In this document: positions 53,270 through 64,000 of the stretch, piece by piece
Numbering within the stretch: the stretch's first letter is position 1
Layout: every line of letters begins with the position of its first letter
Source: Octopus vulgaris
Lineage: Eukaryota
Assembly: GCA_951406725.2 (NCBI GenBank)
Contig: OX597838.1
Coordinates: 26,908,001-26,972,000 of the forward strand
Length of the DNA: 64,000 nt
Direction of reading: 5' to 3'
Position numbers and translations under genes: made by a program
The notes under the pieces: generated by a model
Database searches by the model: none
What the model was told of the DNA's origin: nothing
The model's input: only the letters and a program-made list of their open reading frames with translations

Positions 53270-53866
53270 TTACTCCAGTTTACTTAGCTGTAAATAAGAT
53301 CCAGCAGTAGCTGGGAGAGTTACCCCCCACAACAGACTAGCGTTCTGTCCAGTGGAGGATGGAGTGAGCAGAATGTCGTAATCTCAGTTATTTATACGCC
53401 TTGGAAACCAAGTAAAGTTTGGCTTCATGACTCCAGGGCTCATGGCAAACAGAGCGAAGGAAGGGGGCTTGTGACAAACGGACGAAAGATAGATAGAATA
53501 AAATGAAGGAAGAAAAGAAAGAAGATGTAAGAGAGAAAGAAAAATAAGGCGACGAGAGAAGGCGCGAAAGTAAACGGGTTCTTTTTAAATAGTTACATAT
53601 TGTAGCACAAGGACACGAAAGTGTTTAGTTTCGTGGAAATTATTTTTAAAAACTGCCGTTCAAACCGAAAAGATCCGTCGATCATATCGATTCCAGAGCT
53701 CAGCTGGTACTTATTTTATCGAACCCGAAAGAATGAAAGATTAAGTCGACAGGACTTAAATTCAGTATGGAAAGAGCCAGAAGACATACCGCTGAACGTT
53801 TGTCCGACACGCTAACGAATCCGCCAGTTTGCCAGCCTTTTGGCGGTATTCGCTGAATAATAATAA

Positions 53867-54000
53867 GATACTACTTAAATACAGAGGTCCCGACACATCT
53901 ACGTAACCCTAACTAACCCTAACCGTAAAACTAACGGTAACGAGTGTGCCCTGTAAAATCATATGGTATTTAAGCGGGACCTCTGTATTTAAGTAGTGCC
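53867..54000. mobile_element. Hairpin MITE with TAACCC core (second family)
   Basis: TIRs actacttaaatacagaggtcccg / cgggacctctgtatttaagtagt; aataataat on both flanks. Confidence 0.75.
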
Positions 54001-54960
54001 AATAATAATCCTTTCTTCTATAAGCACAAGGCCAGCAATTTTGAGGAGAAGGAGAGGGGAAAGTCGATTACATCGACCCTAGTCCTCAGCTTGTACATAT
54101 TTTATCGACCTCAAAAGGATGAAAGATAAAATTCACCTCGGGGGAATTTGAATGTAATGAGCTAGAAGAAATTCTGCTATGCTTTTTGTCTGATGCGGTA
54201 ACAAATTTTCTAGCTTGCCGCCTTTTTGGCAGCTCTTTTTTAAATGACTGTTAGGGCAAGGCGATGCCCTACGAAACCCCAAATCAAAGGCGTTTGTTCT
54301 GGGCGAGGAGATAAGTGAAATAAAGATAATTGTCAATGAAAACCTCAGAGGTTGTAAAAGCTTTTCTGTCTAACTACATTGTCTCTTGAAAGATGGTGAT
54401 GTACATTTTGCTTACGTAGAAAGACAAGCACACATGTGAGTTTGTATATATATGTGTGTGAGTGCGCACGCATATATGAATGAATAAGCACTTGTAACGA
54501 AAGCAGAGCTTTTCTTCATCAGCTGGCCTCTATGAAACATCATGCTTCAGCCAAAGCCGGACACACCCTGTTGCAGAAATAGTCATTTAGATATAAAGAA
54601 TGCGTATGTATGAGCGTCCTCTCTCTGTCTCTCTCCTTCTCTATGTGTGTATGTGTTTATATATATGTGTGTGCGTATGTGTAAACTGGATAAAGAGGTT
54701 TGAATCTTCGGAATCTACGAAAATTTGTTTGGGGTTGAAAATACACATGGGACTTAACACGAATTTTAGTTTATTTTAATTTTTTTTTTATTATTGAAAT
54801 ACCATACCAGTTTTTACAATTTGGTGGTGGCGGGCGTTCAATGGTAAATATTAAAAATAAAACTTTTAAAGAAAGAGAATGCTTAAGAAAGTTTCTTATC
54901 AATAAAACGTGCTCAAATGTGTGTGTGCGTATGTGTGTGTGTGTGTGTGTGTGTACGCAC

Positions 54961-55520
54961 ACAGGTTGCGAGAGGTATTTGAGGACAAAGTTGGTAATTT
55001 GATAAAACAACTTTAATGTCGCCAAATCCAAATGTATTTCACTAAAAATTTTTGCACATCTTCTCGATAATATTTCTCATAGGATTATTTAATGAATCCG
55101 CCTTCAGTTTCAATGACTGCTTCAGTGCAGGACTGGAACTGTTGATATGCCTGCACTAAATGCACCTTATTCATTTCGGACAATTCACTATGGATAATGG
55201 TAATTTCGTAAAGATGTCGACAACACACCCTTGGGATTTAAATCTGGTAAGTTTGTGGACTGTTACATGTTACACGAATTTGATGTTACATGATCGTGAA
55301 GAATGCATGACGGCCATTCTTGGGTTACGCAGACTTTATGAGAAATTGCTGAGTCTTGTCGAAACACCTATGGCCTTCCATCGCATCCTTCATACATCCA
55401 GTATTTGACAACTGTCCCTGGCAGCTCATCGTATCCAGCAGTGATAAGTCCAAAACCCTGTGGAAAGATGTGAGACGGCATACCATGACCTTTGTTACTC
55501 GCCACTTCTAAAACCATCAG
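54961..55520 (-). mobile_element. Tc1/mariner (maT-like) transposon 3' fragment, decayed transposase
   Basis: Minus-strand remnants GHGMPSHIFPQG..., PDLNP, HLVQAYQQFQSCTEAVIETEGGFIK*; terminus aggtatttgaggaca shared with 16990. Confidence 0.75.
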
Positions 55521-55583
55521 AGTTACGAGAAACTCAGTGTGCATTACTCTGGAACCAGCAGAAAAATTTGCATATAATCATCT

Positions 55584-55689
55584 GGCGGAGGTAAAGAATA
55601 TACACACTGCCCATTTTCGGAGAAACCATAACCCAAACCCTAACCCTAAATGCCGAAAACGGGTGGTGTGCGTATTCTTTACCTTCGCT
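55584..55689. mobile_element. Hairpin MITE with TAACCC core
   Basis: Matches 41251-41340; possible 9-bp TSD taatcatct/taaccatct. Confidence 0.75.
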
Positions 55690-55984
55690 TAACCATCTGA
55701 CATTTCTCCAGTTAGATTATTGGTGTTGGTCGAAGTTTTTCTCTTCAGAGAAGAACCAAAGTATGCCATGGAAGTGTCAGTCACCATAGATTGAAATAAA
55801 GTGTGAGTGTTGAGGCGCCATTAAACATAATTTCCAACGAAGTATGTGCATGGAGGAACCATCTATCATATATAGTTTAATGTATGAGATAACCAGAATA
55901 CTAGTATTAGAACAGTCACTGTGTTGTTCCTGGTTGTTTTGCCCTTGTGGACTGTCAGATGCAAGTTAAAGTTTCTTCTCTTGA

Positions 55985-56356
55985 GGTGAGACAGTCCCTG
56001 GTTCTATGACACAGACTTCGTGTTCTAAAGTGTTTAAAACTAAAACCTTCCATCAAAAGTCTATGTCATTTTTTCCCGAAACACCAGCGTACTAATGACG
56101 AAGTAATATTACTAAATTTTTCATTATCTTAAAAATTGAGTGAAACAGGCAATATATTTCAACAGAAATATGGTAACAAAGGGATTAACCCTTTTGATAC
56201 CAACCTGCCTGAGACAGCCCTCGATTCTATGACAAAGTTTATTTTAAAGTGACCTAAATTAAAAACATGCCATCAAATTGCCATGTTATGTTCCAAACAA
56301 TAGCTTCATTGCGACAGAGAAATAGAGGTAATGTATTTCATCTGAAATATGGTAAC
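55985..56356. mobile_element. Head-to-tail pair of piggyBac-like MITEs, family 2
   Basis: Junction tggtaacaaagggaTTAAcccttttgatacca. Confidence 0.7.
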
Positions 56357-56980
56357 GTGGCTGTGGCAAGATGTTTGGTTCCTAATCGCATAGTTCTGGG
56401 TTCAGTCCCAGTGCGTGGCACCTTGAGCAAGTGTCTTCTACTATAGCCTCGGGCCGACCAAAGCTTTGTGAGTGGATTTGGTAGACGGAAACTGAAAGAA
56501 GCCTTTCGTATACATATGTATATATCTATGTGTGTTTGTCTGAGTTTGTCCCTCACCACCGCTTCACAATCGGTGTTCGTGTGTTTATGTCCCCTTTACT
56601 TAGCGGTTCGGCAAAAGACACCGATACAGTAAGTACCAGGCCTAAAAAAAGTCTCGGGGTCGTTTTATCAAACAAAAACATTTCGAGGCTGTGCTCCAGC
56701 ATAGCCGCAGTCAAAAGATTTTTTTAAAAATCAGTCAGACTATCACGATTTAGCGAGTGCCATAGTTAATCAATATGTAATCCATATAGGGCGACAAACT
56801 GGCAGAAACGTTAGCACGCCAGGCAAAATGCTTAGCGGCATTTCATCCACCGTGAGTTCAAATTCTACCGAGGCTTGCCTTTCATCCTTTTAGGGTCGAT
56901 AACAAGTACCAGTCGAGTACTAGGATCGATGTAATTGACTTAACCCCTCCTTTGAAATTTCTGGCCTTGTGCCAAAATTA
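56357..56980 (+). mobile_element. Family A SINE (to about 56716) and family C SINE (about 56790-56980)
   Basis: Motif match. Confidence 0.8.
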
Positions 56981-57032
56981 AAAAAAAACAGCATGTAATC
57001 TATACAAGATGATAAATAATAATTCCTCAGAT

Positions 57033-57201
57033 CAGTGCTGTCTTAATACATGCGAACACTCGGCATTTGCCCTTGGCCCCCAGAAGTTTAGGGGCCCAGT
57101 TCTGGTTTATGTATGCTGTGGCTTGCTATTAATAAATACATGCTGTTGGTCCCAATCATTTATTTGCCCGCGGGTCCCCTAATGAAGTTAAGACGGCCTT
57201 G
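57033..57201. mobile_element. hAT-like MITE
   Basis: Termini cagtgctgtcttaa / ttaagacggccttg. Confidence 0.5.
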
Positions 57202-57637
57202 TCTCTAATGAATGATTATGTCTTCTGAACACACATACACACACTACACGCACGCACACACACTACACACACACATACACACACACACACATTAGTCTAG
57301 TCATTATCATCATCATCAGGGCATTCTCATTACCCAACCAAAGTCGACTGACGTAGTGACGCAGGAACAAGCATCCACTTATTAATCACATATGTAAAAT
57401 GTAAGTTAAAACGCTGAATACCACTGGCAGCAATCCCAAATAGTTGGTGATTTAATGACTAAATATACGTATGGATATTGTTCTGCTGCACTCTGATGCC
57501 AATATATAACTGTTAGTCATCGAGTTTCGAGAAAGGAAAGAAACGAAAAGCAACCAGCAGACAATCAAAGCAGAATTGAGGTAAATGAAGGAAGGGAGAT
57601 AACTATCAGCTAACAACCTCATATCTAATGTATGACA

Positions 57638-58118
57638 AGGTTGGCAGAATCGTTAGCACACCGGGCGAAATGCTTAGCGGTATTTCGTCTGCCGCTACGT
57701 TCTGAGTTCAAATTCCGCCGAGGATTAAATAAGTATCAGTTACGCACTGGGGTCGATGTAATCGACTTAATCCGTTTGTCTGTTCTTGTTTGTCCCTTCT
57801 GTGTTTAGCCCCTTGTGGGTGGTAAAGAAATAGGTATTTTGCCTGCCGCTACGTTCTGAGTTCAAATTCCGCCGAGATCGACTTTGCCTTTCATCCTTTC
57901 AGGGTCGATTAAATAAGTACCAGTTACGCACTGGGGTCGATGTAATCGACTTGATCCGTTTGTCTGTTCTTGTTTGTCCCTTCTGTGTTTAGCCCCTTGT
58001 GGGTGGTAAAGAAATAGGTATTTTGCCTGCCGCTACGTTCTGAGTTCAAATTCCGCCGAGGTTGACTTTGCCTTCCATCCTTTCAGGGTCGATTAAATAA
58101 GTACCAGTTATGCACTAG
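57638..58118 (+). mobile_element. Family B SINE tandem multimer (about 2.5 units)
   Basis: Body ggtattt..ctgccgctacgttctgagttcaaattccgccgag starts three times. Confidence 0.9.
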
Positions 58119-58407
58119 GTGTGTGTGTGTATGTATGTGCGTGTATACACACACACCTACATACATGCATGCTTGCATTCAAACACATATACATAAGCAC
58201 ATTTATATTTACAAGCAAACGGATATATACGTGTGTATGTGTTTGTGCACGTGTGTGTGTGTGTGTATGTGTGTATAAATATGAATATATGTTCACCCAT
58301 TTCATCTCTCAGTGTTTAATAAATGAGTCAAAATATGACTGTCAAAAGTAATCAACATTTAATCTATACAACAAAATAAATTTTTTGATTCATTCCTGAA
58401 CACCCAG

Positions 58408-58441
<34 letters not shown>

Positions 58442-59011
58442 CTTGTCTTAGCATCAACATTGTTTTGAGAGAATATTCTCATAATGTGGTCGCTGGCATG
58501 ACTGTGTGGGTAGGAGGCTTGCTTTGCAACCTCATAGCTTTGGGTTCAGTCCCACAGTGCAGCACTTCAGTGTCATCTACTATATATATATATAATTAAT
58601 AATATCAAGGGTAATGAGAAATATTAGAAATTTCAGATCTTTTCCTTTTGATTGACTGAATTCAACACAATTTCTAGTTAACTAAACAATTTGAAACTTC
58701 GTATACTGGTAGAATGTGTCAAAAGAAAACATTATTTTCACTTGGCTTTTTTGATAAATTTGTAATTCGTTTGTTTAACGTAGTTTAATTTTTCGAATTT
58801 TAACCAATCGTATGCTCTCTTTTGAGCTGAAATCATTTTCTGCGTTATCGATATTGATAAACAAATGAGGAGGCAGTGGCCTAGCGTGTAAAAATTTAGT
58901 CAATAGACTATATATTATTCATATAAATACAGTGTACATTTAAACACATAAGAGGCATCCATCATAGGACTCCTTGGGATGTCTCTTACATGTTTAAATG
59001 TACACTGCATT

Positions 59012-59050
<39 letters not shown>

Positions 59051-59220
59051 AGGTATATATATATATATATATATATATATGTCTATGTATGTGGTGTGTA
59101 TATATAAATTCATGTACATATCACTGAATGGTGTTCTTTTTCTGTTGATCCTACATATAACAGAACAGTAAACTATATATATATGTGTGTACACACAAAC
59201 ACACACATATATATACATGA

Positions 59221-59302
<82 letters not shown>

Positions 59303-59919
59303 GTGTCTGTATATACATAAATATATATATATATATATGCATATATTATTATCAACACCATCATCATTTAATGTCTGCCTTCCATGTTGTGATACACACA
59401 CACACACATATATACACCTGTGTATTTGCATGTATACAAATCTAAGCATCCATATAATTGCTGTGTGTATCCATGCGTAAACATATTTAACACATGTGGA
59501 CATGTATGTGTGTGTGTGTTTGTGCACACATGCCTCTGTTTGTACATTTGTACATACATACACGCATGCATAGACAGAATAGCTCACGCCTGCCTCCTAG
59601 AGAACACATTTTGTGGGTGTAACTCTCTTTAAGGAGATAAAACTTGAGATAATTCTACACCTTTCGAAAGAAAATTTACCAGATTTCTTTTGTTCTCTTC
59701 CCCCCCCCCCCCGTTTCTTTATTCATTTGTCTCTGGTTCCTTCTCATTTGTCTCCCTGTGCACCCTTTCTCTCACAGCTATTTTACATTTCTGGGAACTC
59801 CCAACTAACCCCACCCATTTGTACACTCATCCAGGTACGTACTCATCCGCTTACCCACACCCCAACATCTGGTTGTAAAAATTTCCTCAGCAAAGAAAAT
59901 ATAACCATGCTACTAGTCT

Positions 59920-60149
59920 TTCTGCTATAAAGCGGAAGCCCTGAAATTTTGGCCGAGGGGTCAAGTTGATTACATCGACCGAAATGCTGGATCGGTATTA
60001 TATTATTTCATTGACCCTGAGAGGATCAAAGGCAAAGCCAACCTCAGTGGGATTTGAACTCAGAACATAAAGTGGGATGAAATGCTGCTAAGCATCTTGT
60101 CCAGTGTGCTAATGATTCTGCCAGCTCACCACCTTACTACTACTACTAT

Positions 60150-60218
<69 letters not shown>

Positions 60219-60397
60219 TAATAATAATGATCCTTTCTACTGTAGGCACAAGGCCTGAAATTTTGGGGAAAGGGGTTGGTCGATTATATCAACCCCAGTG
60301 CTCAACTGGTACTTATTTCATTGACTGAAAGGAAGAAAGCCAAAGTCGACCTCAGCAGAATTTGAACACAGAATATAAAAACAGATGAAATGCTGCT
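59920..60397 (-). mobile_element. Two family C SINEs
   Basis: Motif match; the second is cut at 60397 by the satellite. Confidence 0.8.
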
Positions 60398-60812
60398 GGA
60401 AGTTCCGAGGACTTCATGGAAAGTTCCGGGGATGGGGAATACCTGGAAAATTCCATGGATAGAGACTTCCTGGAAAGTTCTGAGGACTTCCTTGAAATTT
60501 CCGAGGATGGGGAACTCCTGGAAAGTTCCATGGAAAGGAAGTTCCGATGACTTCATGGAAAGCTCTGGGGATGAGAAAGTTCTGAGGATGAAATTCCTGG
60601 AAAATTTCGAGGACTTCCTGGAAAGTTCAGGGGGATAAGAAACTTCCAGAAAAGTTCTGAAGATGAGACTTCCTGGAAAATTCCGATGAATTCCTGGAAA
60701 GTTCCGAGGATTTCCTTACAAAGGTCCGAGGATGAGGAAATTCCTGGAAAGTTCTGAGAATGGGATACTTCCTGGAAAGTTCTGAGGATGAGAGACTTCC
60801 TGGAAAGTTCCA
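60398..60812. repeat. Degenerate satellite, core gacttcctggaaagttc(c/t)gaggatg
   Basis: Variable units of about 19-30 bp; TTCCTGGAA occurs 8 times. Confidence 0.9.
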
Positions 60813-61127
60813 AAGGTAAGGACAAGATGCGACTTTGTTGAAACAGTCCTTCTCGCAAAGCAAATTAAATAAAATTTGGGGTTTTTTGCAGAGGGGTAAA
60901 AGTGGTAACAAGAACAGGACAGTGAAAACAAAAGAAGAAAAGCAATAAAAGTAAAAACAGTAAAAGACAGGCCAAAGTGAATAACACAGTAAAAACAAAA
61001 ACAGTTTGTTTCCATGTTTTTGTTTCTCATTGTGTTCAACGGTTTTTTGATGTCCTGTACCCATATATACATGTATATATACATATAGATGTAGGTATGT
61101 ACATATATGTATATATATATATATATA

Positions 61128-61519
61128 TGGCTGTGTGGTAAGTAGCTTGCTAACCAACCACATGGTTCCGGGTTAAGTGCCACTGCGTTGCATCTTGGGC
61201 AAGTGTCTTCTGCTATAGCCCTGGGCCGACCAATGCCTTGTGAGTGGATTTGGTAGACGTAAACTGAAAGAAGCCTGTCGTATATATGTATATATATATA
61301 TGTGTATGTGTGTGAGTGTTTGTGTATGTGTATTTGTCCCCCTAGCATTGCTTGACAACCGATGCTGGTGTGTTTACGTCCCCAGCACTTAGCGGTTCGG
61401 CAAAAGAGACCGATAGAATAAGTACTGGGCTTACAAAGAATAAGTCCCGGGGTCGATTTGCTCGACTAAAGGCGGTGCTCCAGCATGGCAGCAGTCAAAT
61501 GACTGAAACAAGTAAAAGA

Positions 61520-61520
<1 letters not shown>
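61128..61520 (+). mobile_element. Family A SINE
   Basis: Near consensus, in (TA)n. Confidence 0.9.
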
Positions 61521-61559
<39 letters not shown>

Positions 61560-61739
61560 TTAATTAATAAGGGTGAGAGAATTAGATACTAATTTAATAG
61601 TATATTTATTCAACACCAAGTGGCCTAGTGCTTGAGAAACCTGATTATTATAATATTTTATAACATATTATAATATTTTTACAAAATAAAATGTGTGACA
61701 AATAATGAAGTAATTTAAGTAATTTAATTAGGTGAAAGC

Positions 61740-61893
61740 AAAAAAATAACAAAATACATTATTTTGGGACAATTGTTGCGCATTAATGAATTAAATGTAA
61801 TTTTATCAAAATGGATTTATTTGATAAAATTACATTTAATTCATTAATAGCGAAACAATTGTCCCAAAATAATCTGTATTTTTGTTATTTTTT
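61740..61893. repeat. Long palindrome (about 70-bp arms, 9-nt spacer), probable Penelope-like inverted stub
   Basis: Arms 61740-61810 and 61820-61893; right arm holds GAAACAATTGTC. Confidence 0.88.
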
Positions 61894-62004
61894 ATTTCTG
61901 TCCTATGTAGCTAACAATCGTACTGACTTTCATGGTAAGCATGTATTTTCGTGGTTTATTTGATAACTAGTGCAGTGAGCAATATAGTCTTCACTCTCTT
62001 TATT

Positions 62005-62035
<31 letters not shown>

Positions 62036-62470
62036 AGGTGTATTATGAGCATTTATAGAACACAGTCCTATATACAGTCAATAAACAATTAAAAATGGAG
62101 AAGGGAAGATGTTAGAAGTTTGATAACCTTTTAATCCATGCATACGATTCGTGCTACTGGAGACATGTAACCCAATACAACTTGTTGCGTGGTGAGGCTG
62201 TCAGTGACAGCTATCCTACCAGACTCATACATACGTATGTATGTATAAGTCTGAGAATCATTAAAAATTGATTAACGAACTCTACTTTTCCAACCAATGG
62301 AACTGTAAAAAATCTATCAAGAAAAAATATAATGTATAAATTATATAAAATAAATCTTTCACACAGATGTGTATTTAATGAAAAACACACACACATAAAT
62401 GTGTGTATATATACACATGTATATATATCCATCATTTTTTGCTAAAATGTCTTATTGACAAGTTTCGCTT

Positions 62471-62569
62471 TTTTCACTTTCCTGAGGAGAAGATTGCATT
62501 GTTTATACCATTTGTTTATACTTTTGAATAGTATCAGTGGAATTTTCGAAACATGTGTCGAAAGTAAAA
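62471..62569 (+). ncRNA. Minimal type I hammerhead ribozyme motif
   Basis: actttc-CTGAGGA(62482-88)-stem II gaagattgcattg/cagtggaattttc-GAAA(62548-51)-C-ATGT-GTC^gaaagt. Stem I is actttc/gaaagt. Confidence 0.8.
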
Positions 62570-62690
62570 ATATTTGATTACACCTGCATTAAACTCCATT
62601 TATTTATTCATATATACACACATATATATATATATATACACACACATATATATATACACACATATATATGCATGCATACATATACGTGTG

Positions 62691-62723
<33 letters not shown>

Positions 62724-63076
62724 GTGTGTGTGTGTGTGTTCACAAAATTCATTTTGGGCACAGTGTTTCTCGAATTACACACACGAAAATGTAAATAGTT
62801 TGTAAATATTCAGTTGAAAGACCCTGTTGCATAGAAAAATTCAAAGGGTGCTCATGATTTCAACAGATTCTTTCAAACCAATACGTGCACGCTATTACTT
62901 ATTGCTTTATGTGTGTACTTCGAGGTATACTATTCCAGAAACAAAAACCGAAGTATTTCATGTCCTCAGAAGTTTATAAAATTCTTATCATACATACATA
63001 TATCTATCTATCTGTCTGTCTGTCTATCTATCTATATACATATGTATATATATATATACATATGTATATACATATC

Positions 63077-63416
63077 TGAGACCCCCTTCACTTACGGCAC
63101 AGACCATGGGATTGCACCTAGAAAGTTACCCTCCCAGGCACAAGTCCGGGCAAGGTTGTTTATGGAGGACCAGCAGTCGCCCATGCATACTGGCCTCCCC
63201 TCTCCACACCACCAGTGTTATCCAAGGGAAAGGCAAAGGGGCCGATACAGCTTGACACCTGTGATGTCACAACTCATTTTTACAGCTAAGTGAACTGGAG
63301 CAACGTGAAATAAAGTGTCTTGCTCAAGAACACAACATGCAGCCCAATCCGTGATTCCAGCCCACAACCTCATGATCATAAGCTCGATGCTCTAACCACT
63401 GAGCCATGCACCTTCA
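63077..63416 (-). mobile_element. Family D SINE
   Basis: Reverse complement of the 20187 family. Confidence 0.88.
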
Positions 63417-63548
63417 CTTATATACATATACATATATACATACATATGTATAATATGTATGTATATATATATACACTTTTATCTTCTACTTGTTTCAGTC
63501 ACCACTTAAAGAAATTTTAGTTAAATGAATTTATCCCAGTACTTTTTT

Positions 63549-63704
63549 CGCGGAGTGGTTGGCGTTAGGAAGGGCATCCAACCGTAGAAACTCTGCCAGA
63601 TCAGACTGGAGCCTGGAGCAGCCCCTGGCTTCCCAGACTCCGGTCGAACCGTCCAACCCATGCTAGCATGGAAAACGGACGTTAAACGATGATGATGATG
63701 ATGA
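63549..63704 (+). mobile_element. RTE LINE 3' UTR fragment
   Basis: Matches 36419-36570; (GAT)n tail. Confidence 0.8.
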
Positions 63705-63891
63705 TATATATATGCATACATTGTACAATATTCAACAATTAGTAAAATAAATTGAACGTAACCAACCTGGAAAGCAACCCTTTTCTGAAGTACCATCTTT
63801 GATAATAATTCTGTAAAGCACTGAACTGTTATTGGTCTGTAATTGTCTCTTAACGCATGTATGTTTATCTATGAATGTGTGAATACATACA

Positions 63892-63923
<32 letters not shown>

Positions 63924-63966
63924 AATGTATATATTTGTATATAAATGTATGTCTATGTATATTATA

Positions 63967-63999
<33 letters not shown>

Positions 64000-64000
64000 T

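Noticed and set aside
54490-54525. Minus-strand CTGATGA plus hairpin
   Set aside because: Followed by GTTA rather than GAAA.
60398-60812. CRISPR-like array or tandem hammerheads (CTGAGGA...GAAAGTTC recurs)
   Set aside because: No unique spacers and a eukaryotic context; stems I and II do not pair around the apparent cores.
62944-62976. Minus-strand CTGAGGA-cat-GAAA motif
   Set aside because: Stem II absent; at most a deleted relic.

Overview
AT-rich, microsatellite- and transposon-dense animal genomic DNA. The repeat landscape and a GC-divergent 28S fragment suggest an octopus (inference, not verified). One clear coding exon is present: the N-terminal calponin-homology exon of a GAS2-family gene on the minus strand (43521->42898, Kozak gccATGg, donor ATG|GTAAGT). 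I found no GAR-domain exon, so 1-42897 is probably one very large intron. Almost all other ORFs in the track are microsatellite or SINE artefacts. The rest consists of several tRNA-derived SINE families, 3' fragments of RTE and REL-endonuclease LINEs, non-autonomous Helitrons, piggyBac-, mariner- and hAT-like MITEs, and two decayed Tc1/mariner (maT-like) transposase fragments. Most interesting: (1) two apparently complete minimal type I hammerhead ribozymes (26933-27020, 62471-62569), plus several long palindromes built from the 3' half of the same motif, consistent with Penelope-like terminal repeats; (2) a SINE fused to a 28S rRNA fragment inside one 16-bp target-site duplication; (3) local templated inverted or direct copy events; (4) a satellite dense in STAT/Rel-like motifs; (5) an apparent CpG-decay boundary matching gene body versus upstream region. 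All coordinates and alignments were read by eye; repeat boundaries are approximate.
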